A stretch of 64,000 bases of DNA from Minisyncoccota bacterium (GCA_041908795.1 JAYRER010000048.1:18413-82412), one strand, 5' to 3'; positions 9,735-19,580 are shown, counted from the stretch's first letter. Notes: generated by a model from the letters alone, not told the origin. Numbers and translations are program-made.

Positions 9735-9770
9735 CATTCGTTTAGAACGCTATAGCGTTCTAAACGAATG
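9735..9770. terminator. Perfect 16-bp-stem hairpin (cattcgtttagaacgc-tata-gcgttctaaacgaatg), likely a bidirectional terminator between convergent genes
   Basis: Read directly. TTTT follows the hairpin on the minus strand and an A-rich tract follows on the plus strand. It sits 10 nt after the TVP38 stop. Confidence 0.55.
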
Positions 9771-9866
9771 ACTGCCAATAAAACAAAATAACAGTGAAGC
9801 TGTTGCTGAGATATAGGGATAGTATATGCCTCAAAATACGACCAATGCGTGCAAAGTTGTGTATAA

Positions 9867-9890
9867 AATTACGTAATCGTTTACGTAATT
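9867..9890. repeat. 24-bp palindrome copy 2 (AATTACGTAATCGTTTACGTAATT, 1 mismatch to copy 1)
   Basis: Read directly. It is flanked by T-rich tracts on both strands, in the convergent intergenic region 9725-9925. Confidence 0.7.
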
Positions 9891-9925
9891 CTTTTGTGCT
9901 ATCTTCGCGCGTACCACGCAGTCAT

Positions 9926-10308
9926 TAGAGTATGTTGAGGGCGCCTTCGAGGAGCGAGCGCATCACCGTGGCATCACCTGCGGGAATGAGCGAGCCCTTG
10001 CGATACTCAACGGTTCCGATGATGGTTTTGAGTACCGCGCGTGCGGCGACGAGGTTGCCCTTCCCTCCCTTCTTGATGAGCCCCTCGGCGACGAGGACAC
10101 GGCCGTTGATCCACGCGGCAAGTCAGTGGGGAATATCCGCACTCTTGGTGTACGCGTGCAGGAGTGCGAGGTAGTCGAGCGTGGTCTGCTCCTCCCCACC
10201 CCTACTCGTGGTGTCGACCATGCCGTCGCCATCGAAGTCGAGCTCGATAAAGGGCACACTGTCTTGAACTTTCGCGACACTTAAAACGAACCGTTGTTGA
10301 AAAACCAT
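9926..10308 (-). pseudogene. Hypothetical protein gene interrupted by an in-frame TGA at about 10123-10125. Possible pseudogene, sequencing error or recoding
   Basis: Manual translation of the minus strand: MVFQQRFVLSVAKVQDSVPFIELDFDGDGMVDTTSRGGEEQTTLDYLALLHAYTKSADIPH-TGA-LAAWINGRVLVAEGLIKKGGKGNLVAARAVLKTIIGTVEYRKGSLIPAGDATVMRSLLEGALNIL-TAA. The protein-like frame continues 65 codons past the stop. Confidence 0.4.
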
Positions 10309-11709
10309 ACTTGGCCAACCAAAGCAATAGAGCCATTATGCTACACTCGGTGCATGCGAGGAACTATACATGTGCTCATGGGGGCGTGGGCGTACGTGTG
10401 CCAAGAGTGGAGACGTGCGCACGTAGCTTTTAGAACCCTGTTCATAGTAGTAGCCGCCTTACATATCGCATCCGTGTTCCTTCTACCCGCATTCGGTGGG
10501 ACATACTCCGGAACACAAGACCCTCTCGAGTATCGGATGATGGCAGAACATATCCTCTCCCACGGGGTGCTCTCGATTGCACACCCATGGGAGCAGAACC
10601 CCGACATCTACCGTGGGCCCGGGTACTCGCTCTTTCTCGCTCCGCTCCTCCTACTCGATTCCACAGCCACGCTTGCCATTCTGGTACAAAAGCTGCTGCT
10701 CTTTTTGGGCGGTTTTCTTGTACTGTGGCTTGCACTCACGTTTGGATTGTCGCGACCTCTCGCATGGAGCGGAGTACTGCTCTACCTGGCAGAACCCTAT
10801 CAGTGGATTCTCTCACTTCAGACCATGACCGAAACCGTATTTACCTTTCTGTTCCTACTCCTGTGCGTGGGGGTTACGTACCTCACAGTGTACCGTGCTT
10901 CACTCCAACAACAGCATCGCTGGAGTGTGAGCATTGGCCTTGCGGTAGTGGTGTCACTCGCGACACTTGCAAAGCCGACCGCGGCCATACTCGCCCTCCC
11001 GCTCCTTGTGTTTCTGGTTGTCTTTCACGGGTGGAAACTGGCCACCGTCGCGACGCTGGCCATAGTGGCAATGCTCAGCCCGCTTATCGTACGCAACTAC
11101 ATGCTGACCGGAGATATGCTACTGAGCACCACTCCCTACTACAACTATGTACAGGGGTTTGGCACCGAAGCAGAGAAGCAGGCGGTAATCGGTACCGATA
11201 GGCGTACTGATGAGAAGGGACGACTATTTCTCATTATTGACGGCTTCACCCTTGATGGGTATGAGAACTTAAAGCGTGTGTACGCACAGGTCACCGAGCG
11301 CACCTCACTACTGGAGAGCATTGACGATCAGGTTATGTGCTCGCATCATGTCCTTTTTCATCGCTACAAGCCCCACTTTGCAATGCTGACGCAGAACCGC
11401 TTTTCATTTCTTGACAGAACAATAGATTACGCAGGGTTTTCCTTTATGGGCATCGTGTACCTCCTTGCACTTATAGGCACGGCCACTGTTTTACGTACCC
11501 GAAAGGCCCTTTTCCCCGTGGTTGCGACGGTGGGCGCATGGTTCGCACTTATTGTCTTTGCCAACGTGTGCATGGGGTACTCGCGCATGCTTATCCCGAT
11601 GCACGGCCCACTATTTATCATGGCTCTTGCCGGACTCGCTGCGCTGTTTGGGTGTGCCCGAAGAAGCGGCATAGTTGCGCTCACGTCGGCGGTACAACGC
11701 GCGAAGTAG
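10294..11709 (+). CDS. Polytopic membrane glycosyltransferase, GT-C superfamily (ArnT/PMT/GT39-like)
   Basis: 471 aa with more than 10 TM segments and hydrophilic loops typical of GT-C/GT83/GT39. Alternative start at 10354 (MRGTIHV). Confidence 0.55.
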   Translation: MLKNHTWPTKAIEPLCYTRCMRGTIHVLMGAWAYVCQEWRRAHVAFRTLFIVVAALHIASVFLLPAFGGTYSGTQDPLEYRMMAEHILSHGVLSIAHPWEQNPDIYRGPGYSLFLAPLLLLDSTATLAILVQKLLLFLGGFLVLWLALTFGLSRPLAWSGVLLYLAEPYQWILSLQTMTETVFTFLFLLLCVGVTYLTVYRASLQQQHRWSVSIGLAVVVSLATLAKPTAAILALPLLVFLVVFHGWKLATVATLAIVAMLSPLIVRNYMLTGDMLLSTTPYYNYVQGFGTEAEKQAVIGTDRRTDEKGRLFLIIDGFTLDGYENLKRVYAQVTERTSLLESIDDQVMCSHHVLFHRYKPHFAMLTQNRFSFLDRTIDYAGFSFMGIVYLLALIGTATVLRTRKALFPVVATVGAWFALIVFANVCMGYSRMLIPMHGPLFIMALAGLAALFGCARRSGIVALTSAVQRAK

Positions 11710-12582
11710 TTGCGGTGAAAAAGGAAACAGTGCGCCTAGAAGTGCAAGAAGATAGTGTCTCCTCCCTGTCACACGAAATGCCTCGTAAAGGCGTTGAATC
11801 GCCCTTCCCTTTTTGCCCGCAAGCAAGAGCCCCATACCTGCACCATACGCAGGAGGGCCGAAATTTGCGGGACAGTGCGCCATGAAGTCATCGTGCATTT
11901 CATCAAGGAAGACGTCGAGTACTTTTGCTCGCTCGATAGAAAGTTTCAGATTTGGTCGCGCACGGTTTTTTGTCACGGAGTACTGGTCGCTGTTTGGATA
12001 GAATATCCCCAGTGGCTCCGCGTGGTAGTACGATTGTGTGCGCTTTTCTATTCTCCTAAAGAATATGAACTGCAGGTACTTTACCTCCCAGCGTGTCGTG
12101 CCGATGATGTTTCTACGAATGGTGGCGAACCCTGTTTTTATCCTGCGCTGGCCTCTCTCGCACAAAAGATCTTCGAAAGGAATCGGCCCGGTGGTACGCT
12201 CAAGACCCGTTACCTCACCGTCCGGCGTACGAAAGGGAGCTCCAACAAACCCAATGTCGGGATACTGTGTATACACCGTATGAATGGTTTCAAGTGCATG
12301 TGGAAAAAGCTCGTCGTCACTGTCCAAAAAAGCAATAATGTCGCCTCGGGCCTCGTCAATACCCCGATTTCTCGCCTTGTTCACTCCTTGGTTAGTGCCT
12401 AAGTTCACGTAGCGAATCTTGGGATGCTTGTACTTCCCCTCAAAGAGTTCCGCAGTCTTGTCCGTTGATCCATCGTCGATGACGATTATCTCAATATCTT
12501 GGAACGTTTGTGCGAGCACACTCTCGAGCGCACGCTGTACAAAAACCTCTCGGTTATACGTCGGAATGATGACGCTTATCAT
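11611..12582 (-). CDS. Glycosyltransferase family 2
   Basis: MISVIIPTYNRE...LDSDDE. GT-A fold with DxD. Confidence 0.85.
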   Translation of the reverse strand: MISVIIPTYNREVFVQRALESVLAQTFQDIEIIVIDDGSTDKTAELFEGKYKHPKIRYVNLGTNQGVNKARNRGIDEARGDIIAFLDSDDELFPHALETIHTVYTQYPDIGFVGAPFRTPDGEVTGLERTTGPIPFEDLLCERGQRRIKTGFATIRRNIIGTTRWEVKYLQFIFFRRIEKRTQSYYHAEPLGIFYPNSDQYSVTKNRARPNLKLSIERAKVLDVFLDEMHDDFMAHCPANFGPPAYGAGMGLLLAGKKGRAIQRLYEAFRVTGRRHYLLALLGALFPFSPQLLRALYRRRERNYAASSGTPKQRSESGKSHDK

Positions 12583-12584
12583 AG

Positions 12585-13298
12585 CTACCGAAATATCTTG
12601 TCACGAACATCGCGTGCGCGCCAGTAGAGCGGTGTGAGCATGAGGCGGAACTTCCAAAATGGAATATTGCGCGAAATGATGACCCGCGGTATGGCGTAGG
12701 GGTCGAGCGTCTCCCCGTCGTAGAGCACGCCGACGGGGCCGGTGGCATACTCGTAGTATTTCGCGGCAAACTTTTTCACCCGTGCGTCGAAGTTACCCTT
12801 GGGGTACGCAAGACCCACAACCTTCTTCTGTAAGTTGTCCTCTATGAGTTGTTTTGAGTGTGAGAGCTCGTAGTCAAGCTCACTGTCGGAGAGTGTGGTG
12901 AGGAGCGGGTGCGTGTGGGTGTGGCTCTCGATTGAAACGAGTCCGCTCGACTCAAGCTCTCGCATCTGCTCCCATGAGAGAAATCGAAATGTGAACCCCT
13001 CGGCATTCGTGTGGTCCTTCCCCACAAAATCAGTGGCAACAAAGATGGTGGCGTGTATGTTGTGCTTTTTTAAGATTGGGAGTGCGTTGGTGAGATTGTC
13101 CTCAAGACCGTCGTCGAATGAAAATGTAACATATACACAGTTCGCAGGGCTTACCCCCATTCGTGACAAGTTTTTGACTTGGCTTACCTGCGTAGAGCTA
13201 TTTTTGATCCTGTCATACTGCTGATTAAGTACATAGGGCTGTACAGCATGTACGTATGCCAAGTCAGACACCGAATGGTATGCGTAATTGAGTAGCAT
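12585..13298 (-). CDS. Polysaccharide deacetylase (CE4/NodB family), copy 1
   Basis: TFSFDDG...ALPILKKHNIHATIF...HTHTHP (NodB motifs). Confidence 0.8.
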   Translation of the reverse strand: MLLNYAYHSVSDLAYVHAVQPYVLNQQYDRIKNSSTQVSQVKNLSRMGVSPANCVYVTFSFDDGLEDNLTNALPILKKHNIHATIFVATDFVGKDHTNAEGFTFRFLSWEQMRELESSGLVSIESHTHTHPLLTTLSDSELDYELSHSKQLIEDNLQKKVVGLAYPKGNFDARVKKFAAKYYEYATGPVGVLYDGETLDPYAIPRVIISRNIPFWKFRLMLTPLYWRARDVRDKIFR

Positions 13299-14266
13299 TA
13301 CGCTGTGTTATGTTGTTTTTTGTAGTAGTCCCGCATCCACTCAACCGTGCGTCGCACACCCTCTTCAAGCGATACCGAATTTGTATGTCGTAAATCTCGC
13401 ACAGATTTACTTACATCCACATGTTTGTTTTTTGTGGTAAGTATCTCACTTTCAGCATAAGAGATGAGAGAAACATCTGCATGGGTATACTTCCACACAA
13501 GAGTAGCCAAATCTTCAATAGAATGTTCTTCGCTTCCTCCGATATTGTAGACTTCCCCCGCCTTAAAGTTGTCCACGATATTGCTAAGAGTTCGTACACT
13601 GTCTTCAAGGAACGTGGAAGTGCGAGTATGTCCGCGATACACAGTAACCGGTAACCCATGGAGGGCGTGGTATGTAAACTTGCAATTAACACTTCTGTAG
13701 GGATGGTACCACTCACCCGGTCCATACGTATTGAAAAGACGCACTACTACAGTTTCCGTTCCATGTTGTATTCTTGAGTTACGTACCTGTTGTTCATTTA
13801 CCCACTTTGAAAGAGCGTAATCATTGAGTTGCTTGACCTCTGTGGTATCCATTACATCCTCAACCATGGTGTCGGGAAAATCCCCATACACCTCTGAAGA
13901 AGAAAAATGTATGAGTTTAAAACGGAGCTTCTCCTGTAACCGGAGCATATGTTTTGTTCCAATAGCGTTGGAGCGCCAGACTTGCTCATAAAAATCCTCT
14001 CCATTCCACCTCCCAAACTCCGCCGCCGCGTGGTACACAAAGTCAAAGGTGCCATGCTTCTCGAACACCCGCTCAATTTGACGATAGTCGCCAACATCAC
14101 AACGTGAGTAAGAAGCCTCTGTTTTTGACATTTCATGTTCCCACCCAACCTCTCCTGGAGCGTGTTCCAAATCAACCCCAAACACGCTATGGCCTTTCTC
14201 TGTAAGCATAGCAACAAGCCATGTACCCACCACCCCACGAGATCCAGTCACAAGTATTCTCGACAT
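13298..14266 (-). CDS. NAD-dependent epimerase/dehydratase (SDR family)
   Basis: ILVTGSRGVVG Rossmann motif. YxxxK present. Confidence 0.8.
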   Translation of the reverse strand: MSRILVTGSRGVVGTWLVAMLTEKGHSVFGVDLEHAPGEVGWEHEMSKTEASYSRCDVGDYRQIERVFEKHGTFDFVYHAAAEFGRWNGEDFYEQVWRSNAIGTKHMLRLQEKLRFKLIHFSSSEVYGDFPDTMVEDVMDTTEVKQLNDYALSKWVNEQQVRNSRIQHGTETVVVRLFNTYGPGEWYHPYRSVNCKFTYHALHGLPVTVYRGHTRTSTFLEDSVRTLSNIVDNFKAGEVYNIGGSEEHSIEDLATLVWKYTHADVSLISYAESEILTTKNKHVDVSKSVRDLRHTNSVSLEEGVRRTVEWMRDYYKKQHNTA

Positions 14267-14294
14267 ATAAGGAATATTACATCAACATTTTCAT

Positions 14295-15107
14295 TTATTC
14301 CACTCGCTTTGCCAAAAAAACAAGGTGCCTTCCTAAAGGCAGTGCTGTTCTGCCAAGCGCTTGTTCGAAGGAAATAATGAGCCACCGCAGAGGTGCAAGG
14401 TGTAAAGGATACTTCAATAATGTATCAAAATACGGTCCGTCAACGTAGGAGCAGTACCTCACTTTTTTGACATCAAACCCATGCTGTTCAAGACTGGCTC
14501 GCAAACTTGTTCTACTAAATTCCCGTACATGTGCATCACCGTGACGTGCGAGCTCTTCAATAGTGAAATGCTCAAGTGAGTGGAACGACCGATACCCCAG
14601 CGTCCGCATGAGTCGACCCCACCACGTGCCATCGGCATTGTAGTTTGGTGTGGTGAGAAGCAAGTAGCCCCCGGGCTTGATGAGGCGACGCAATTCTTTC
14701 AGCATGGCGTCTTTATCGTGCACATGCTCTATCACCTCGGAGCTGATAGCGACATCAAATGAAGCATCATCTGCTGGTATTCTTTCGCCAACCGATGCAG
14801 TGAACGTTATGTGCTCCGCTTCACAAAGTGCTTTTTGCTTGTTTGCTTCGGTAATGAAGCTCTCAGCGATATCTACACCGAGCCCCTTATGAATGGTGTC
14901 GCGCGCACGAAGAAGTTGGCGCCCTGTTGCACAACCCACATCGATAACCGCCTCATGTGGCACGGTCCGAAGCAATCGATCGATTGCCTCCTCTCGCACA
15001 TAGTTGGTGAGACCCACGCGGTGTGTAGGTTGAAACTTGTACCCTCCGTAGAGGTACGCTTTCTCTTTTCCAAACTGCTCCCACATTAGTTTGTAGCTAC
15101 TACTCAT
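14295..15107 (-). CDS. Class I SAM-dependent methyltransferase, copy 1
   Basis: VIDVGCATG motif I, EVIEHV, PGGYLLLTTPN. Confidence 0.8.
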   Translation of the reverse strand: MSSSYKLMWEQFGKEKAYLYGGYKFQPTHRVGLTNYVREEAIDRLLRTVPHEAVIDVGCATGRQLLRARDTIHKGLGVDIAESFITEANKQKALCEAEHITFTASVGERIPADDASFDVAISSEVIEHVHDKDAMLKELRRLIKPGGYLLLTTPNYNADGTWWGRLMRTLGYRSFHSLEHFTIEELARHGDAHVREFSRTSLRASLEQHGFDVKKVRYCSYVDGPYFDTLLKYPLHLAPLRWLIISFEQALGRTALPLGRHLVFLAKRVE

Positions 15108-16245
15108 GGTCTAGTTCGCTCACAGCCGAAGCAAATTGCTTTCCTATGGTATGCCATGACAGGTACTCCGCTGTAAAAGCCCGTGCTGCGTTCCCCACTT
15201 TTACACGTCCAGCAGGCCCCATGGCGTGTACCTCCTTGAGGGCCTGTGTGAGTCCATCCACAATACTGGACGGGGAAATCACAATGAACGGCGAGGGTGC
15301 CACCTGCTTCTTTTGAAGTTCCGCAACCGGTCCCACATCGGTGACGATAACGGGGACACCGAGCGCAAGGTACTCGGGTAGTTTCGAAGGAAATGCGTAC
15401 TCGGTCATTGGATGGAGAGGTCGGGGAATCGAAAGCACGTCAGCTTTTGAAATAATTTTTCCTACGTCCGTATGAGGAACATTCTGGTGAAGTTCGATTG
15501 AAACATCCAAATGCTTTTCCTTCAATAGATTACGCAATTCCCCCGCATCCCCACTCACCACAAACAGCAATGTGAACGGGAACGATTTTTCGGATTGTAT
15601 TCTTGCAACGGCCTCTATGAGATCTTCTGTCCCCTGGTACCCACGAAGGTTGCCCATGTACCCTATCACAAGTGGCGTAGAAGGAGCTGTGACATCCTTT
15701 TCAGTGTGCACAGGATAGTCCTCCAAGTCCACACCACCATAGATGGGCACGAACTTCGAATTAACCCACGCGTAGTAAGAACCGAGTTTGCTTGAAACAG
15801 GAAATACACGATCGTACCAGAAAAGCCAAAAAGCGGTGCGCAGTTTCATGCACCAACTTTTCCAATGCCCTATCGCTCCCTTGAATCGCCACTCTTCGTG
15901 CAGCAGTCCATGGAGGTCAATACCTATGGAAACCCCAGTACACAACTTAAGCACTACAGGCAATTTAACGTTCGTTTCTGTACTGGTTAAAACCACTTCA
16001 ATCTTTCTTTCACGCACCAGTCGCTTCAATGTGGTAAGTTTTTGTATGGATGTGCCTGTGGGGTAAGGTATAAAATCAACATTCTTCGCATCTGTACCAA
16101 GCGCACACACCGTAACATCGTGATGCTTGGTGAGTTCCGTCAGTAAGTGGTGAATACGAATCGGTGTTCCACGAAGTGGATTCCGAAGGTCGGTGCTTGT
16201 GATATACAACACCTTCTTACGAACAATTTGGTTATCTTGGTTCAT
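15100..16245 (-). CDS. Glycosyltransferase family 4 (GT-B)
   Basis: 381 aa. C-terminal GT1/GT4 domain (EYLALGVPVIVTDVG). Confidence 0.8.
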   Translation of the reverse strand: MNQDNQIVRKKVLYITSTDLRNPLRGTPIRIHHLLTELTKHHDVTVCALGTDAKNVDFIPYPTGTSIQKLTTLKRLVRERKIEVVLTSTETNVKLPVVLKLCTGVSIGIDLHGLLHEEWRFKGAIGHWKSWCMKLRTAFWLFWYDRVFPVSSKLGSYYAWVNSKFVPIYGGVDLEDYPVHTEKDVTAPSTPLVIGYMGNLRGYQGTEDLIEAVARIQSEKSFPFTLLFVVSGDAGELRNLLKEKHLDVSIELHQNVPHTDVGKIISKADVLSIPRPLHPMTEYAFPSKLPEYLALGVPVIVTDVGPVAELQKKQVAPSPFIVISPSSIVDGLTQALKEVHAMGPAGRVKVGNAARAFTAEYLSWHTIGKQFASAVSELDHE

Positions 16246-16630
16246 TCTTTGCAGAATTACATTAGAATCTCCACACCAAAAGTCTCCATCTCAAACGCGG
16301 CGACAACCAGACGCCTTGTGAGTTCCAGTTCTATCGTACGGCACCAGCTGAAACAGGTGCCTCGCCTTTCTCCTCTCATACGTGAGAATAGTATACCTCT
16401 AAGCCGGAAGCGCCACATATGAGACAAGGAGTATGACTTTACATTTTATTGTATCTTTTTGTACACGTCACTTTCTTCAGCTGATGGTGCACCGCCGTAG
16501 AGCGTTTCAGCGATGAGTTCTGGTTTGGTCGCGAGGCACATGCGAGTATGGTATCACACAGCACGTGCAATTCGTATTTCAAAATCATGGAAATGTGTCA
16601 GTTTACATGAGTGGAAATCAAGCAAATCAG

Positions 16631-17824
16631 CTAATTTCCATGAGTTTGTATGAATTTGAGGATGTTGTGCGCTCGTTTTTCCCACGTGTACTTTTCCTTT
16701 ACCTCGCGGCGGGCTTTCTCTGCGCGGGTGGCGGCCGCCTCCTGGTCGGCAAGCACGGCGTGTACGCCGCGCGCCATGTCCTCCGCGTCGCCGGGTCGCA
16801 CAAACACCGCGAGCGATTCGTCGAGTATTTCCCGCACACTCGGAAGGTCGGTCGTCACCATGGGGATCCCGCTCGCCATGTACTCAAAGAGCTTGATGGG
16901 GCTCATGAAGAGGCGGTAGTGTTCGAGGTCGGGGTACGCCATCACCAGCACGTCACAGACGAGGAAGTACTGCGGGAACTCCTTCTGGGGAATGTGCCCC
17001 ACCACCGTCACATCCTCCCGTGCGATACCCGCTGCGGCGCAGAGCTCATTGATGTACGGCTTTTCATGCTCCTCGACACCCGCCAAAAAGAGGAGCGCGT
17101 GCGGGTGCTTTTTCTTCACCGCCGGGAAGCCCTCGATGAGCTCCTCGACCCCCTTGCCCTTGCCCATGGTGGTGATTTTCCCGAGGTGGCCCACGATGAG
17201 CCGATCTTCGGGAAGACCGAGCGCCACGCGGAGCTCCGACTTTGTAAGCGGACTCTCAAACCGCTCGGGCGAAACGGCGTCGGGCGCCACGAGTACCTTT
17301 TCGGGGAGAATGTTCCACGTACGTACATAAAAGTCCTTGAGTCCTTTGGTTATCGCCACACAGTGGTGCACATTACGCAGTATTGCTCGAATATGAATGA
17401 GTGGCCGTTTAGTATGGATTTCGTATACGAGGCGGTTTGTACATAAGCTCAAGAAGAATCCCGTAACCTCATCACGCGAATAAATGACATCGGGTTTCAA
17501 AACGAGTGCACGAACAGTCGCTACAAGAGCAAACGTTAGCAATTGCAACAAGTGCCCCGTTTTCCCAAGCCAATGCCACTCAAGTGACGGACATCGCACT
17601 ACTCGAAAGGAGTGGGTCACTCCGTAGAACGCACACACATCTTCTTTCAAGCGATACTTGCTGTCGGCGGTAACTAATGTCACCTCCACCTTCTCTCCAT
17701 GCATAGTTGCATGAGAAAACGCCTCGCACATTTTAACAATTTGGACGCTATATGCCTTGTGTGAAGGTATACGCCCGTTTGAGACATACACAAGATGCAT
17801 ACTTCTAGTTCTTAGGAGAGACAA
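16631..17824 (-). CDS. Glycosyltransferase family 4 (GT-B)
   Basis: EYMASGIPMVTTDLP. GT4 C-terminal domain. Alternative start at 17800. Confidence 0.8.
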   Translation of the reverse strand: MSLLRTRSMHLVYVSNGRIPSHKAYSVQIVKMCEAFSHATMHGEKVEVTLVTADSKYRLKEDVCAFYGVTHSFRVVRCPSLEWHWLGKTGHLLQLLTFALVATVRALVLKPDVIYSRDEVTGFFLSLCTNRLVYEIHTKRPLIHIRAILRNVHHCVAITKGLKDFYVRTWNILPEKVLVAPDAVSPERFESPLTKSELRVALGLPEDRLIVGHLGKITTMGKGKGVEELIEGFPAVKKKHPHALLFLAGVEEHEKPYINELCAAAGIAREDVTVVGHIPQKEFPQYFLVCDVLVMAYPDLEHYRLFMSPIKLFEYMASGIPMVTTDLPSVREILDESLAVFVRPGDAEDMARGVHAVLADQEAAATRAEKARREVKEKYTWEKRAHNILKFIQTHGN

Positions 17825-19469
17825 TAAAACGATTGTTGATTACCAAAAAATCAATCGCTCCGGTTGTACACGAACGCAGCGCATCGTCCACCGATGACAC
17901 TATGGGCTCCTCGTGCATATTAAAGCTGGTGTTCACCACACAGGGGATACCTGTGTGTCGGTGGTAGGCGGCAATGACATCGTAGTACGCTGGATTGACT
18001 TCCCTTCGTACAAGCTGTGGACGCGCGGTACCGTCCACATGGGTGACAGCCGCAATCTTAGCCCTCCACTCCGGCCGCACGGAATATGTCACCGTCATAA
18101 ACTCCGCCGCATGGCGGGACGGCTCCACATTCTCAAATAAGCTATCAGCATGCTCGTAGAGGACACTCGGTGCAAAGGGCATAAACTCACTCCTGCGTAA
18201 TTTTTTGTTGAGCGAGTCGTTTATAGTATGGTCGGTTGGACGAGCAAGTATGCTTCGATGTCCTAGTGCCCTTGGGCCAAATTCCATCCTGCCGTCAAAC
18301 CACCCCACCACCTTCCCCTCTTGAAGAAGTACCCCAACGCGTTCGGCCGTATCTTTTTCTTCTTGATACAGAATTTTATTTGCCTCGAGGTATGCTCGAA
18401 CGGCTTCATCTGACGCGTGAGTTCCAAAATACACATGCGGTAGGCGAGACGAGTCCTTCTTTTTCTCGCATTTCACGTGGTGATAGTACAGTGCACTCCC
18501 AAGCACCAGCCCCTCATCACCCATCGCCGGCTCGACAAATAATTGCTCTGGCTGACAACGTTCAACAATGCGCTGGTTCATTTTCACATTTGCAAAAACT
18601 CCTCCCGCGACGGCAACTTTGCGTACGCCCGTACGGTCCATGAGTGCACTCACGTGACTCACCACTCGCTCTTCCAGGAGGTGTTGGGCATACGACGCCA
18701 CCTCTTCTCGCGTGAAGCGTGCACATAATGCAGCCACCCACTTCTGAAGCTCTTTACTGGTACCACGATGAAAGTGGAGCCCGTCTTCGCTTACGGTAAC
18801 AGGATCAGGTGCACTATGTGGCGCAACAATTTCTGGGTCTGCATACGCCGCAAGGCCCACCACCTTTCCCTCATGACGATTTGGTGTAAAGCCAAGACCC
18901 TTGGTGACATGTTCGTAAAACGCTCCCAGTGACTCGCCCGTATCCCCTTGCACTATCTTCTTCCATGACACCCCCTCCACAACCCATGCGGTATGCGAGA
19001 GTGAATCACCAAGCCCATCCAATGTTACGACGAGCGCCTTGTCAAACCCGGAATGGAAGTAAGCGCTGGCGGCGTGCGCGGTATGATGATCCAGAAAAAA
19101 GAACTCGGGCTTCTTAGGCAGGGAATGAAACAAACGGCGTATATCTCTCTCACGCCGAAACACTTGGTAAATATTCAGCATGTTCCCAAGTGTAATTTTA
19201 GGTCGATAGGAGATGAAACCATTTATCCCACCTAACTCAAACTTGCGCTTGAGGTACCCAGCGGCATCAAGATGGGAAACCGTCACCACGTCAATATCTG
19301 AAAGCGAGAGGCCACTATCGGTGAGTACAAATTCTAATGCCTGTGTGGGAAAACCCCAGTAAAATTTTTTACGGTTAAGACGCTCCTCGGAAACACACGA
19401 CTCTACCACGCCGTTTTTGAGCACGGCGGCGGAAGCGTTATGTCCATCATGGATCGAGAGTATGTTCAT
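17805..19469 (-). CDS. Carbamoyltransferase (NodU/CmcH/HypF-like family)
   Basis: MNILSIHDGHNASAA...HHTAHAASAYFHSGF...FMPFAPS (carbamoyltransferase N- and C-terminal domains). Start trimmed to the internal ATG at 19469. Confidence 0.8.
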   Translation of the reverse strand: MNILSIHDGHNASAAVLKNGVVESCVSEERLNRKKFYWGFPTQALEFVLTDSGLSLSDIDVVTVSHLDAAGYLKRKFELGGINGFISYRPKITLGNMLNIYQVFRRERDIRRLFHSLPKKPEFFFLDHHTAHAASAYFHSGFDKALVVTLDGLGDSLSHTAWVVEGVSWKKIVQGDTGESLGAFYEHVTKGLGFTPNRHEGKVVGLAAYADPEIVAPHSAPDPVTVSEDGLHFHRGTSKELQKWVAALCARFTREEVASYAQHLLEERVVSHVSALMDRTGVRKVAVAGGVFANVKMNQRIVERCQPEQLFVEPAMGDEGLVLGSALYYHHVKCEKKKDSSRLPHVYFGTHASDEAVRAYLEANKILYQEEKDTAERVGVLLQEGKVVGWFDGRMEFGPRALGHRSILARPTDHTINDSLNKKLRRSEFMPFAPSVLYEHADSLFENVEPSRHAAEFMTVTYSVRPEWRAKIAAVTHVDGTARPQLVRREVNPAYYDVIAAYHRHTGIPCVVNTSFNMHEEPIVSSVDDALRSCTTGAIDFLVINNRFIVSPKN

Positions 19470-19580
19470 AGCGAACGCGTCATGTGAGCAGTGTACCGTT
19501 TTTCCGAACAACACGCACCACCTGCACGCTGTGGGCTTTGTGCGAGGGGAGCTTGGTATTGGCAATGTAGAGGAGTCGGG

